Notes: generated by a model from the sequence alone, not told the origin. DNA of 64,000 nt from Candidatus Woesearchaeota archaeon (GCA_016184345.1 JACPCV010000006.1:128065-192064); one strand, 5' to 3'. Positions 49,795 through 60,368 are shown, counted from the stretch's first letter. Made by a program: numbers and translations.

Positions 49795-51132
49795 ATGACT
49801 GTTGAAATTTGCACTGTTTCTGGCTTTGATGAAGTCGGCAGGAATATGGTCGCTGTCAGGGTGGACGATGAGGTTATCATCTGCGACATGGGCCTGCACC
49901 TTGAGAACTACATCAAGGTAACCGATGAGGGTGAGGATGTTGTCAGGCTGAATCGGGAAGTCCTGATTAAGGCGAGGGCAGTGCCTGATGACGGGCTTAT
50001 CAAGGACTGGCGTGGCAAGGTTAAGGCCATCATCCCCAGCCATGCCCACCTTGACCATCTTGGCGCGATACCTTACCTGGCTCATCATTATGATGCGCCT
50101 GTGATTGGCACGCCTTATACGATTCAGGTGCTTAAGCACATCATCAGCGATGGCGGCATTCAGGTTAAGAACAGGCTGAGGGCAGTTGACCTGAACGGCA
50201 AGGTTTCAATATCAAAAAACCTGCAGGTTGAGCTTGTGAACATAACACATTCAACCCCCCACACTGTAATGGTTGTCATTCACACCCCTCATGGAGCGGT
50301 TGTGTATGCAAATGACTTCAAGCTTGACGACAACCCAACCCTTGGCAAGCCTCCGAACTACGACCGGATCAAGGAGCTTGGCAAGGAGGGCGTGCTGGCT
50401 GCCTTTGTTGACAGCACAAACGCATCAATTGATGCGAAGACGCCTTCTGAGAAGGTTGCAAAAGACATGCTTGCTGATGTGCTCCTTAGCCAGAACCATG
50501 ACGGCCGCGGCCTCATTGTGACCACATTCTCAAGCCACATTGCCCGCCTTAAGAGCATTATTGAGCTTGGACAGAAGATGGGAAGGAAGGTTGTTATTCT
50601 TGGCAGGAGCATGTCAAAGTACATAACAGCCGCCGAGGAACTCAAGATGGTGGATTTTTCTGGCAAGGCTGAGCTGGTCCGCTTCTCCGCCAAGGTGGGA
50701 AACAAGCTCAGGCAGATTGACCGCGATGGCAAGGAGCATTACCTCATCATTTGCACAGGCCACCAGGGCGAGCCGAAGTCTGTGCTTTCAAAGATTGCCT
50801 CAGGGCTTTTGCATTTTAGCCTTGGCCCGAAAGATTCAATAGTGTTCTCGTGCAGAGTGATACCGACGCCAACCAACCGGAAGAACAGGGAGCGCCTCGA
50901 GTCGCTGCTGCGCCGGACAAACGTCAGGATTTTTCGCGATGTTCACCAGTCAGGGCATGCCTCTGGCCAGGACGTGCGCTACCTTATTGAAATGCTGCGG
51001 CCAAGGCATGTAATACCGAGCCATGGCGAGAGGAAGTCAAAAGAGGCAGTGAAGCACATGGCTGCCAGCTTGGGGTATGACGGCAGGAATGTGCACATGG
51101 CCCGTGACGGCCAGCGTATAAGTCTCGCATAA
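49795..51132 (+). CDS. rnj: Archaeal RNase J (beta-CASP metallo-beta-lactamase ribonuclease)
   Basis: HAHLDHLGAIPYL (MBL motif 2), NDFKLD, GHQGEP, HQSGHAS, PSHGE. The ATG at 49795 gives about 445 aa, the usual archaeal size. Confidence 0.85.
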   Translation: MTVEICTVSGFDEVGRNMVAVRVDDEVIICDMGLHLENYIKVTDEGEDVVRLNREVLIKARAVPDDGLIKDWRGKVKAIIPSHAHLDHLGAIPYLAHHYDAPVIGTPYTIQVLKHIISDGGIQVKNRLRAVDLNGKVSISKNLQVELVNITHSTPHTVMVVIHTPHGAVVYANDFKLDDNPTLGKPPNYDRIKELGKEGVLAAFVDSTNASIDAKTPSEKVAKDMLADVLLSQNHDGRGLIVTTFSSHIARLKSIIELGQKMGRKVVILGRSMSKYITAAEELKMVDFSGKAELVRFSAKVGNKLRQIDRDGKEHYLIICTGHQGEPKSVLSKIASGLLHFSLGPKDSIVFSCRVIPTPTNRKNRERLESLLRRTNVRIFRDVHQSGHASGQDVRYLIEMLRPRHVIPSHGERKSKEAVKHMAASLGYDGRNVHMARDGQRISLA

Positions 51133-51328
51133 GCGCAGCTGCAACTGTAAGAAAAAAGTTAATAGGAAAATTCAGTTGGGCTGCTTAAGATGCTGTTCCT
51201 GCGATAAGCTGCCACGGGTAGCCTGGGAACGCCATCCTAAGGCCTGGGAGCTGTCCGCAAGCTAAAAACAAAACATTTAAATATTAGATATACTTATCCA
51301 TTAGATATTAATATCCAAAGAAGGGAAA

Positions 51329-51622
51329 ATGGTTGCGGCAGAATCAAAGCAAGCAGAACTGAAGCATTACGAGCATTCCCCTACGCTGAGGACGATAGAG
51401 ATGGTGGAAATTTTCCTAAAGCAGCATGAAGGAGAGCTGTTCAGCAGGAACGGGCTTGAAATAAAACTGCCGAGAAGGGTGCAGAGGCACACCCTAAACA
51501 GGATTCTTGGTTACTTGGAAAGCTCCAACAAGGTGCTTATTGGCTCTAAAGGCATCATGTGGGTATGGAATGACAGTCCGAAAATAAAGGGGCTTATTGC
51601 TAAAGGCACAAGGATAGCGTAA
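51329..51622 (+). CDS. Small wHTH-like protein (97 aa), hypothetical
   Basis: ...RRVQRHTLNRILGYLESSNKVLIGSKG... is winged-helix-like. Confidence 0.4.
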   Translation: MVAAESKQAELKHYEHSPTLRTIEMVEIFLKQHEGELFSRNGLEIKLPRRVQRHTLNRILGYLESSNKVLIGSKGIMWVWNDSPKIKGLIAKGTRIA

Positions 51623-51629
51623 TGGCCAG

Positions 51630-52055
51630 TTATCCCTTTCTGTAGCCGAAGATTTTTTCATAAGTTCTGTGGTCTATCAAGTCAACAATCGATACTACAA
51701 TCCTTTCCTCTTCCCCGCTGATAAAATAAATCGCCCTCCAGGCGAGAGCAAGATTGCATTTCCAGAGATTTTTGACATCGTACAGGTCAGTATACTTCTT
51801 AGGGATGAGTTTTTTAGGTATTTGGATGCCATAGAAGGGGTCTCTTTTTAGCTCTTCCTTTTTAGTTGCAATCGATTGAAACAGAGTCTGTAAAAATGTG
51901 CCTGTTTTATTTTGCAATAATTCTTGCTCTATCTCTTGCTTGAGGCCAAAAAGAAAAGCATTTGCATCTCCAACAACATAAACGTGTATGGCTTTATTCT
52001 GTAACAATGCTACCACCGTAAATTCTGTGAAACTCGGCAATGTACTCTTCCGCAA
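51630..52055 (-). CDS. RelE/ParE-like toxin-like protein (C-terminal half), start uncertain
   Basis: LWKCNLALAWRAIYFISGEEERIVVSIVDLIDHRTYEKIFGY fits the RelE/ParE C-terminal pattern. The track start overlaps the PLD gene end by 62 nt. Confidence 0.4.
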   Translation of the reverse strand: MRKSTLPSFTEFTVVALLQNKAIHVYVVGDANAFLFGLKQEIEQELLQNKTGTFLQTLFQSIATKKEELKRDPFYGIQIPKKLIPKKYTDLYDVKNLWKCNLALAWRAIYFISGEEERIVVSIVDLIDHRTYEKIFGYRKG

Positions 52056-53040
52056 CAGCAGGATTTTCTATTATGATTATGTTCTCATCATTTCTGGTGT
52101 CAGCGTTTTCCGTCGGGTTGAAGCTGCCTGTTATGACAGTTCTGTTGTCGACAACGAAGAACTTGTGGTGCATCAGCCTTTTTGAGGTTTCAAGGTAGAC
52201 GTTTACGCCGTTTTCGGCCAAAACTGCATGCTTTGAGTATTTGCTTCCGGTTGTGGATTTTTCAATTACGCCTGACACTGCTATTCCTTCGCTCCTTTTT
52301 AGTATCAGTTCATTGGCTATTTCCGGATGCGTGAAGGAGTAAGCTGCAAAGATTATGCTGTCATTTGCCATTTTCAGCTTGTTTTTTACAGCTTCCAGGC
52401 AACCGTCTTGAGGGCAGAAATAGGCTTCCACGGCAGTTTTGTTGAGAATTGCTGTTTTTTGTTTGAGCTCCTTGCTTGCAACTGCAGCAGTGGTAGGTGT
52501 TTTCTTGTTATCGCCTGCCTTCAGCCTTTGAAAATCACTGCTGTAAAAGGAGGCAAGTGCTGTGGAGTTTATTATGAGAATGTTGTTGTAGTCGTTTTTG
52601 GCAGCTGCAGCCGGGTTGAAAGAGCCTGTTATTATTCTGGAGCCGTCAATTACGCAGTATTTGTCGTGCATAATTCCTCTTGAGCCGCGCTTCAGGACAA
52701 AGCCGCCCTGTGAGCTGCCCTGAATAAATTTTTCGGGCACTTTTGAGTTCTTGTCAACAACAACCTCTAGAGTAATTTTGGCTGCAGTGCTGAAAGATGC
52801 CGTGTCTGCCAATAAGCTGCTGTCTACGCTGTAAAATGCGCAGCTGATTGACAATCTTGCAGTTTGCAACTGGGCGGAAACTGCCTGAAGGCATTCCTGC
52901 CCGGGGCAGAAGTAGGTAGTGTAGTTGAAGGATTCCTCCTTTATTTGCCTGGGCTGCTCTTGCAACACACAGCCGGAGATAACAGCCGCGAAGAATAGGC
53001 AGGCTGTAACAGCAGCAGCCGATGTGTATGCTCTTGCCAT
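51994..53040 (-). CDS. Phospholipase D-family lipoprotein (two HKD motifs)
   Basis: Lipobox AAVISGC. MHDKYCVIDGSRIITGSFNP and MHHKFFVVDNRTVITGSFNP. Confidence 0.82.
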   Translation of the reverse strand: MARAYTSAAAVTACLFFAAVISGCVLQEQPRQIKEESFNYTTYFCPGQECLQAVSAQLQTARLSISCAFYSVDSSLLADTASFSTAAKITLEVVVDKNSKVPEKFIQGSSQGGFVLKRGSRGIMHDKYCVIDGSRIITGSFNPAAAAKNDYNNILIINSTALASFYSSDFQRLKAGDNKKTPTTAAVASKELKQKTAILNKTAVEAYFCPQDGCLEAVKNKLKMANDSIIFAAYSFTHPEIANELILKRSEGIAVSGVIEKSTTGSKYSKHAVLAENGVNVYLETSKRLMHHKFFVVDNRTVITGSFNPTENADTRNDENIIIIENPAVAEEYIAEFHRIYGGSIVTE

Positions 53041-53187
53041 GAGAAGCCCAAAGCGTGCACTCTTCTTATGCCTAATCCCTGAATTTCAGCAAAAAATTTG
53101 CTAGAATGGGATTTTTTCCGCTGCTGTGAGGAAAAGTTTCGCGAAAAGGAGGAAAAAGCAAAAATTTTCCGCAGAAGCCGGAATTTG

Positions 53188-53424
53188 TTACTTCTCCTGT
53201 TCAAGCTCCAGCCCGGATTTATATATGGTCTCGTAGCCTTTATGCAGCCTGACCCAGGCAACGTAAAGGGCTATGAAAATGGCGTCAGTAATGAAGACAT
53301 TTTTTATGATGGCAAGCATGTCCGAGGCCGAGAAAAAGGCGAGGCTGCCTGCCGCTGTTAGGATTGAGACTAGCGCGAGGCCGATGAAAAAGACAGCCAC
53401 TTTCTTTTTTGTTTCCTTTTGCAT
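53188..53424 (-). CDS. Small membrane protein (78 aa), hypothetical
   Basis: Two hydrophobic helices. The stop of the upstream gene lies 3 nt before its start. Confidence 0.4.
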   Translation of the reverse strand: MQKETKKKVAVFFIGLALVSILTAAGSLAFFSASDMLAIIKNVFITDAIFIALYVAWVRLHKGYETIYKSGLELEQEK

Positions 53425-53427
53425 GTG

Positions 53428-53964
53428 TCAGAGTTCACCTAACTGCCTGGCGGATTTGGCAAGCGCCTCTATTGTGCCAGGATGCCTTGCCTGAAGCGCC
53501 TGTATCCTTTGCTTTACACCCCTGTTTTTGGCTTTCGTGTATTTAATCCTTTTTATATCTGCGTAAAGCTCCAGATCTTTTTCGGTTATTGACTCAAGGA
53601 TGTTTACTGCTGCAGCTTCATGTTTCGCCGGCAGCAGGGAATCCTTACCGGTAATTTTCTCAAGGAAACATGCAGCAAGGTCATCTGCACATTTCGCTGT
53701 AACAACAGCCTTATTTTTTGCCATGCCTCTCATTGGTATCCGAAGCTTGGCCGCCCTTTTAATAAGGTAAGCTGCTACATTGCACTGGAGGGATTTTTTG
53801 CTGCCACATTCAAGCACGATTTCGCTGCCTGCCAGTGCGCCGAGCTTACTCTTTACCCTTTTTTCTACAACCTCAACTATGCAGCGGCTGCAGTATTCTG
53901 CTTCCTTCAGCCTGCTGTTTTTGATGCAGCGGCTGCAGATGTTTTGTTTGGCTATTGGCAGCAT
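53428..53964 (-). CDS. Hypothetical Cys-rich protein (178 aa), possibly a degenerate PP-loop/TtcA-like fold
   Basis: N-terminal CSRC...CSRC pairs. No intact SGGxDS motif seen, so function is not assignable. Confidence 0.35.
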   Translation of the reverse strand: MLPIAKQNICSRCIKNSRLKEAEYCSRCIVEVVEKRVKSKLGALAGSEIVLECGSKKSLQCNVAAYLIKRAAKLRIPMRGMAKNKAVVTAKCADDLAACFLEKITGKDSLLPAKHEAAAVNILESITEKDLELYADIKRIKYTKAKNRGVKQRIQALQARHPGTIEALAKSARQLGEL

Positions 53965-54160
53965 GGCGTCTGTGCTGTTGCCCTGTTATTTTAAGCTATG
54001 CCGGCTCAGGATTCGTCCGCAGGCAGTTGTTACTACTCTTATATACTCAACTACAGAAAAGCTTATATAGTAGCTATACCACTAGAAAGTAGAAAATAGT
54101 AGTTTACAATCACCTCTTTTTGCCCAGGTGCCGGTTCCGCGAGGAGCCGTCGCCCAGGGT

Positions 54161-56101
54161 TTAGTTCTTTGTTTTCCTGATTAGAAGCCTTTTTTTTGTT
54201 GTGGCTTTTCCTGCTGAAGCCTTTGCAGCGAGGAAAAACAGCAGCCCTGCTGCAAAGCCTATGGCTCCGGCAACAATAAGGGTGAATGCTGTTTTAATTT
54301 TGCTGCTGCCCTCAACAGGACTAGAAGGCCCTGTTTTTGCGTTGTGGTTTAGGTACACCTGCAGGTTGCTTAGCTCAAGCGCATATTCTGAGTATAAAAG
54401 GGCTGACGGCAGGTCGGTGTCCTTGAGTGAGTTGGAGTACTCGTAGTAGCTGTAGCTTATTATTGGGAAATCGCCTTCGCTTGTTTGCCTTACTATGCTC
54501 TCCTTGGCTGCTTTCAGCTTGTTGCTGACGAGTTTCGTGAGGTTTTCGTTTCCGCTGAGCGCGCTCAGCATTGCATTTGCTTTTGCTTTGGAGATGCTGG
54601 CCTTGTATATGCATGATGTGTAGTCACCCTGCCTTAGGTAGGAGTAGACAGGGCCGAGCTCTTCCTTGTTGTTGAGTATTCCTGGAAGGTAAACGTCAAG
54701 GTACTGTATGTGCTCGTCTGCTTCCTGCAGCCTTGCGACGCAGCCGTTCCTGAGTGATTCTGTTGCGTAAGAAGCTGCTTGTAAGGCTTTCTCGCTGCTG
54801 CTGTCTGGTGTGAGGAACCTGTTCCATGCCTTGGCGCTTCCCAATCTTTCATTTGCAAACGCAAGCCTGTATATTCCGTCGTTGTAATCCTGTTTTTCCA
54901 GGTCTTCACGGCTGAGCTTTAGAAGCTGCCTTGCCTCTTCCAGCCTTTCCATGACGTTGCCTCTGGCCTGCATCGCGGAAAGCGTTTCTGCCTTTGGGAT
55001 TTCCTTTTCAAAGCTGTCGGCAGCTTGGGCTGTCTGGTTTATTTGCAGCAGCGCTTCATGGTAGCTGAGGTTTTTGTTAAGCAGCAGCAGGTAGCTGTAC
55101 CTGACATTGGAGCCGAAGCACCTGCTTGCCGCAGAGTAGTGGCTGCCTTTCCTTTTTTCCTCGAGGCCTGCTGAAGCTGAGTCTTTTGCAGCCTCAAGCG
55201 CTCGCCTCAGTTCTTCTGCTGGATTTTCTTTCGGCGTGGCTTGCTGCGAAGCGTTCCCCTTCTCCTTCGGTTCAATGTTCTTTGCAATGGCTGCGATGTC
55301 AATCTCTGATGCCTCTTTAGAGAGTTCAGTGCTCTGGCCGCATATCTCGGTTGCCAGCTTTCCCATGACGTCTGAGTATCTCTTGTCTATTTCCAGCGTT
55401 TTTTCCTCTTCAGAGTAGTTTTTTCCTGTGAGCTGCAAAAGGGCTTCCTGGATGTCACTTGCCTCCTCTACCTTAATTCCCAATGATTTTCCATACTCAG
55501 CCAGGTCAAGTGCAGATGCTGTTGCTGTTCTGTTTCTTCCCTTGTAATAGCGCTCGCCGCCTGGGATCAGGACCTTGGAAAGGCCGCCTTCTGCTGCTGC
55601 TTCAATCTTTTCCTTCAGCCCACCAACCTCGCCGATAAGCCCCCCAGAAGTTATCGTGCCTGTGACAGCTACGGATGGGTTTATGCTGGCATCGTCAAGC
55701 GCTGCTATTGTCAGCGCTGCTGCGGCTGCGCCTGCGCTCGGCCCTCCAAGGAGTGAGGCGTTTGCGTCAATCCTGAAAAAGAAATCGTGGTTGCCGCATT
55801 CCTCATAGACTTGCTGTATGCTCTGGCATGCAATCTCCTTTGCCAGCTTGAGCGATATCCTTGTGTCAAGCTTTGTAACAGGCTCTGCCTCTATGAACAC
55901 GTTGCCTGTTCCAGGGGCTGTCCTCAGGTAGAGGTCTGCAGTTACCCCTTTCTCTCCTGTTTCAGACACGGCAAGCAGCTTAAGGCTATACTCTTCTTGA
56001 GTTGGGCTTTCAGCTGCATGGCTTGTTGCTGCTGCCGCTGCTGCGAGGGTAATCAGCACTGCAAAAATAAGCGCTGCAGCTATTCTTGCTTTTTTCATCA
56101 T
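54161..56101 (-). CDS. Membrane-anchored Lon-like S16 serine protease domain protein (no AAA+ module) with long helical region and C-terminal TM
   Basis: Signal peptide. LLGGPSAGAAAAALTIAAL (catalytic Ser context), VAVTGTITSGGLIGEVGGLKEKIEAA (Lys). C-terminal TM LIVAGAIGFAAGLLFFLAA. Confidence 0.7.
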   Translation of the reverse strand: MMKKARIAAALIFAVLITLAAAAAATSHAAESPTQEEYSLKLLAVSETGEKGVTADLYLRTAPGTGNVFIEAEPVTKLDTRISLKLAKEIACQSIQQVYEECGNHDFFFRIDANASLLGGPSAGAAAAALTIAALDDASINPSVAVTGTITSGGLIGEVGGLKEKIEAAAEGGLSKVLIPGGERYYKGRNRTATASALDLAEYGKSLGIKVEEASDIQEALLQLTGKNYSEEEKTLEIDKRYSDVMGKLATEICGQSTELSKEASEIDIAAIAKNIEPKEKGNASQQATPKENPAEELRRALEAAKDSASAGLEEKRKGSHYSAASRCFGSNVRYSYLLLLNKNLSYHEALLQINQTAQAADSFEKEIPKAETLSAMQARGNVMERLEEARQLLKLSREDLEKQDYNDGIYRLAFANERLGSAKAWNRFLTPDSSSEKALQAASYATESLRNGCVARLQEADEHIQYLDVYLPGILNNKEELGPVYSYLRQGDYTSCIYKASISKAKANAMLSALSGNENLTKLVSNKLKAAKESIVRQTSEGDFPIISYSYYEYSNSLKDTDLPSALLYSEYALELSNLQVYLNHNAKTGPSSPVEGSSKIKTAFTLIVAGAIGFAAGLLFFLAAKASAGKATTKKRLLIRKTKN

Positions 56102-56155
56102 GGCGTGTAAGGAAAGTTTGTTTAAGAACTTTGTGAACAGGAAGTTTAGGCTTGT

Positions 56156-56413
56156 TCAATCCCATCCGGCAAACTTTGGCGTTATGGAAATCATTGAGGC
56201 GATGAACATGAGCACGAAGACTATGTCAAAGGCCACACCCCAGCTTAATGGAACACGTCCTGATACGGTAAACACCGTTGTTATGATAAAGCCTAGAAGC
56301 CCTATTAGCGAGAAAGTTGCCGGCAGCGGCTCAATGTGAAATGCGCTTTGCGGGACAGCCTTTGGGGTTTTTCTTGCGGCTGCCGCTTTTGTTCTTGCTT
56401 TTGCTTTTTTCAT
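56156..56413 (-). CDS. Small membrane protein (85 aa), hypothetical
   Basis: Basic N-terminus then two TM helices. Confidence 0.4.
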   Translation of the reverse strand: MKKAKARTKAAAARKTPKAVPQSAFHIEPLPATFSLIGLLGFIITTVFTVSGRVPLSWGVAFDIVFVLMFIASMISITPKFAGWD

Positions 56414-56490
56414 TTACCTGCTGGCCTCTTTTTTGCCTGCAGCAGAACTCGCAAGCTGCTTTTATAAATCTTTTGCCACGAGCTTGTTTA

Positions 56491-57045
56491 TCACTTCCCT
56501 GCTGCTACCAACTGTGCCTGAGGGGTTGCGTACCTTGCAAAGACATCTTTACGTGTTGGGACCTGCTTGGGAAGCTGCGCTCCCCACCCCTTGACAAGCT
56601 CAACAACACCGAACGGCCCAACTTTACTATTACTGGCGGAAGGGGTTACGCTTACCATGTTCATTGTGCCTTCGCCCCTTCCCTGCCTTCCCTGAGGACG
56701 TTCATATAAAGCGACCGTAGCTACTACTCTTTCCCTCTTCCCGGTATTAAGTGTTATTTCAAGACCCCCGCTGTCGGTTTGGTGGGAATCAAGTCTGCCA
56801 TTTACATCTGCGGCAACAAGCGCCCTCTGCACAAAACCATAAAAGTCACGACCCACAAGTTCAACAGGTTTGCCGCCGCCCATTGGCGTTGGAAAGCCGA
56901 CAACATAGTGCCTTCCGCCAGGATTTCCATTATGTGAAAGTTCATCAAACCGGTAACATACCGCGAACCACCTACTTGATTTTATACCCTCAAGCTTACC
57001 TGCTATGTCATTTCCGTTTCTGCTCATTAGAATCCCTCCTTTCAT
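56491..57045 (-). CDS. Hypothetical protein (about 180 aa)
   Basis: Clean ORF downstream of gap. No motif recognised. An alternative ATG is at 57027. Confidence 0.4.
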   Translation of the reverse strand: MKGGILMSRNGNDIAGKLEGIKSSRWFAVCYRFDELSHNGNPGGRHYVVGFPTPMGGGKPVELVGRDFYGFVQRALVAADVNGRLDSHQTDSGGLEITLNTGKRERVVATVALYERPQGRQGRGEGTMNMVSVTPSASNSKVGPFGVVELVKGWGAQLPKQVPTRKDVFARYATPQAQLVAAGK

Positions 57046-57052
57046 CTTTATC

Positions 57053-58177
57053 TCACTTTATTTCGGATTGCTGTGCAGCCTGATAGCTTTTGTTTGCCAC
57101 AACTGACAGCAAAGGGGCTGCAGGCAGTTGCTCTCTTACCCTTAACACGCCTATCCCTAGCGCCCTGTTCGTTAGCGCTACGGACTGCTGCCTGTCGGCA
57201 ATGCTGCACATGGCCCTGATTGCGTCAATGTTTTCAGGGATGACGTCTGCCTGCTGGTCTATGGCCAGGTGCATGCCAATCTCCCCTGAGTCGTCAACGC
57301 CTATGCCTTCCTTCCATGCGCAGACCTCGTAGACGTTGCCGTTCCTGCCGTTGCCGCTGACTGAGAAGAGGTCTTTCAGCTTTGCTGTTGACGTCAGGCC
57401 CTTTTCAGATGAGCACAGGAGTATTCTCGGGTTGCGCTGCAGGGTTTCAATCACGCCAGGCACGGTGGCGGGCATGCTGTTTTTCTCGAGCTCTATGAAA
57501 AGCATGTGCCCGTGCATCAGCGTCATTGGGGCGATGCCTGCAAGCGTTGTGATTTGCAGGCCTGGCATCAGGCATTTCACGTCTTTGGAATGGTGGCTTG
57601 GGAATCCTGTGTCAGGCACCCAGGTGTTTATGATGCTGTTCTCGCCGTCTGACTGGTCAGCACTTCTCCTCACGAGGGTTGCCCTGACTTTCTTTATCTG
57701 GAATGTGGTGTTGAGCGTGCTTATTACCCTGCACAGTGCTGTTGTGTTGCAGGAGACAACCCTGACAAGCTTCTTTCCATTGGCCTGCTCGTAGTTGCAG
57801 TCGCTGTTGAATGAGAATCCTGTGAGCTCGTGCTTCTCCCCTCCCTGGAATACGGCTTTGAGCTTGGGGAAGCTGCTGTAGATTGCGAGGTTCTCCTTTC
57901 CCTTGCCTTTTGGCGCGCAGTCAACAACTATGTCGCACTGCTGCAGCATGCCGTTTAGGTCGCCCTCGACGGGATAGCCTAAGTCCAGGAAAGGCTTTGC
58001 GCCGCTTACAGAATATACTTTGATGCCTTTTTCCTGCGCCTCGTCAATCCTGTAGTCTGGAGTTGCCTTGGTCACTCCCACAAGCTCCATGTCAGGCTGC
58101 TTGAGGACTGCGTCAGCAACCCTTCTGCCGATTGTGCCGTAGCCGTTGACTCCGACCTTGATTTTCGTGATTTGCAT
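57053..58177 (-). CDS. gap: Glyceraldehyde-3-phosphate dehydrogenase, archaeal type II
   Basis: KVGVNGYGTIGRRVADAV and the catalytic VVSCNTTALCRV. Abuts the fbp stop. Confidence 0.85.
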   Translation of the reverse strand: MQITKIKVGVNGYGTIGRRVADAVLKQPDMELVGVTKATPDYRIDEAQEKGIKVYSVSGAKPFLDLGYPVEGDLNGMLQQCDIVVDCAPKGKGKENLAIYSSFPKLKAVFQGGEKHELTGFSFNSDCNYEQANGKKLVRVVSCNTTALCRVISTLNTTFQIKKVRATLVRRSADQSDGENSIINTWVPDTGFPSHHSKDVKCLMPGLQITTLAGIAPMTLMHGHMLFIELEKNSMPATVPGVIETLQRNPRILLCSSEKGLTSTAKLKDLFSVSGNGRNGNVYEVCAWKEGIGVDDSGEIGMHLAIDQQADVIPENIDAIRAMCSIADRQQSVALTNRALGIGVLRVREQLPAAPLLSVVANKSYQAAQQSEIK

Positions 58178-59350
58178 TCACCTGTGCAGCAGCTTTTCCA
58201 CTTCCTGCTCCTTCTTGAGGAGCTTTTCCATCTGCCTTTCTTCCCTGGCAAAGTCCTCTCTCACTTTGAATTTTGGCTCAAGCTTGTTAAGTATCTCCAT
58301 GACCCCTGTGTATTCAAGCTCGTTCATTCCGAGCATTGCCGGCCCTGAGAAGCCCTGCTCCCGTAAGGCAAGTGCCTTGTCAGCTGACTTTGCCCTTACT
58401 GAGTCCCAGACTGGGTCTGAGTCAAACATGTCGACAGAGTCAGTGAGCTTTCCGTTGTGCACGCAGAAGCCCTGCGCGCAGACTATTGGCGGCCCGTCAA
58501 AATAACTCGCTCCCTGTCCGACCCTTACCGGTGTCAATGGCCCGTTATGGCTGCCTCTCATGAAGCCTGCAACATAGTGGCATATTTTGAACGGTGATAA
58601 AACTTCGCCGGTAGCTGGAAATTGGCTTTGCGTCCTTACCAGCATTGGAGGGTCATCCTTGCCTGTGTATTTTCCTGCAATGTTGTGCAGCCTTGTTGTG
58701 CCTACTGCGACTGCCTGCTCGCCTGTTGCCCTGCTGTAGATTCCCTCAATGACAAATCGGTCATTATCCCTTATCAATGCGGCAAGCTCGTAAAGCTCTT
58801 CAGGTGAATTAAGCTGTATTACCCTGTCTCCTTCCGTGTATGTTACGTCCATTACCGTGAACTTGAATCCCTGGCTGAGCTTTGAGCTGAGCAGCAGCCC
58901 GGCGCAATGCATCGGGTCAGCAAACGCGAGGTATAATGGGAGGTTGAACGCTCCTGCATCGCACTTGTCTGCTGCAAATGCGATGAACGGCTCGTTAGGC
59001 CTTTCCTCAATCTCCATTTCAGCTACTGACGGCCCCATTCCCTTTACGTTGCCTGAGAATGCGTCCTTGAGCATGTCCTGCCCTGCACCATAGAGGCCCT
59101 GCTCCTTGGCAATCATTGTCGCAAAGCTAAAGGCGTCCCATGCTATCTTGTGCACTTCAGGGCTGTCCTTGCCCTGGGTGTGAGTCATCAGGATGCCGAT
59201 GTCATCTCCTATTGAGAAAACGCGGTAGTCAATTATCCACTGGCTTTTGCCAACGAAGTCCTTGATCGCGGAAAGAACCTCCTTGCTTGGCCTGACATGC
59301 CCTCCTATAGAGCCGATATCAGCTTTAATCAGGGTTATAGTTGTTTTCAT
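58178..59350 (-). CDS. fbp: Fructose-1,6-bisphosphate aldolase/phosphatase (class V FBPase)
   Basis: MKTTITLIKADIGSIGGH, DDIGILMTH, GMGPSVAEME, MRGSHNGPL. GGAGGTG SD before the ATG at 59350. Confidence 0.9.
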   Translation of the reverse strand: MKTTITLIKADIGSIGGHVRPSKEVLSAIKDFVGKSQWIIDYRVFSIGDDIGILMTHTQGKDSPEVHKIAWDAFSFATMIAKEQGLYGAGQDMLKDAFSGNVKGMGPSVAEMEIEERPNEPFIAFAADKCDAGAFNLPLYLAFADPMHCAGLLLSSKLSQGFKFTVMDVTYTEGDRVIQLNSPEELYELAALIRDNDRFVIEGIYSRATGEQAVAVGTTRLHNIAGKYTGKDDPPMLVRTQSQFPATGEVLSPFKICHYVAGFMRGSHNGPLTPVRVGQGASYFDGPPIVCAQGFCVHNGKLTDSVDMFDSDPVWDSVRAKSADKALALREQGFSGPAMLGMNELEYTGVMEILNKLEPKFKVREDFAREERQMEKLLKKEQEVEKLLHR

Positions 59351-59456
59351 GCCCAACACCTCCAAATATGACGAAATCATACGACATGTGAGCTTATATT
59401 TAAAGATTGTTGTTGCGAGGAATAGATAACTGAAAAAGAAGTTGGTGGTTGGCTGT

Positions 59457-60368
59457 TCACTGGATGTATCTTTCTGCTTCCAGCGCAGCCTGGCAGCCCA
59501 TCCCTGCTGCTGTTACAGCCTGCCTGTATATCTTGTCGTGAACATCACCGGCTGCAAAAACTCCCGGCAGCTTTGTCCGCATCCTGCCATCGGCAATGAT
59601 GTAGCCGTTCTCGTCCAGGTCAAGTATGCCCTTGAACACTGCCGTGTTTGGAACGTGGCCGATTGCGAGGAAAACGGCGTCTGTTTTTAGCTCAGTTGTT
59701 TTGCCGCTGTTGACATCTTTAATCCTTACTGCAGTGACTTTCTTGCCGTCGCCGAGGATTTCCTCAACGGCAGAGTTCCATACCGCTTTTATCTTGCTGT
59801 TGCTGAACACCCTTTCCTGCATTATCTTGCTTGCCTTGAAGGCATCTTTTCTGTGTATTATTGTTACTGAATTAGCCACTTTTGACAGGAAAAGCGATTC
59901 TTCGCAGGCGCTGTCCCCGCCCCCTACAACCACCACGTCTTTTCCGCTGTAGAAGTACCCGTCGCATGTCGCGCATGTATGCACCCCCTTTGCCCAGTAC
60001 TTTTTTTCCGACTCAAGCCCGAGAGTCCTTGCTGATGCGCCTGTCGCAATAATGACTGATTCTGTCTCTATCTTTTCTCCTTCAACAGTCAGCTCGTAAA
60101 TGTTGTTTGGCTTTGCCGCAAAAGCTTCCAGGTTCCCGTCCTTGAACCTTGTGCCGAACTTTTTGGCCTGCTCCCTGCATTTCGCAATCAAATCAGGGCC
60201 AAGCACCCCTTCAGGGAAGCCGGGGTAATTTTCCACTTCGGTTGTCAGCATTAGCTGGCCTCCTTCCTCCTTTCCGGCAATGACAAGCGGCTTCAGGTTT
60301 GCCCTTGAGGCGTAGATTGCCGCGGTCAGCCCGGAAATTCCAGCCCCTACAATTACAAGCTTTTCCAT
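59457..60368 (-). CDS. trxB: Thioredoxin-disulfide reductase
   Basis: VIVGAGISGLTAA (FAD), CATCDG redox centre, VVVGGGDSACEE (NADPH), FAAGDV. Confidence 0.9.
   Translation of the reverse strand: MEKLVIVGAGISGLTAAIYASRANLKPLVIAGKEEGGQLMLTTEVENYPGFPEGVLGPDLIAKCREQAKKFGTRFKDGNLEAFAAKPNNIYELTVEGEKIETESVIIATGASARTLGLESEKKYWAKGVHTCATCDGYFYSGKDVVVVGGGDSACEESLFLSKVANSVTIIHRKDAFKASKIMQERVFSNSKIKAVWNSAVEEILGDGKKVTAVRIKDVNSGKTTELKTDAVFLAIGHVPNTAVFKGILDLDENGYIIADGRMRTKLPGVFAAGDVHDKIYRQAVTAAGMGCQAALEAERYIQ

Noticed and set aside
51170-51265. GC-rich unannotated stretch with GCCTGGGA repeated at 51221 and 51242, as a possible small RNA.
   Set aside because: I could not fold a convincing structure by hand or find C/D-box (UGAUGA/CUGA) or other RNA-family signatures. 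Left unannotated.
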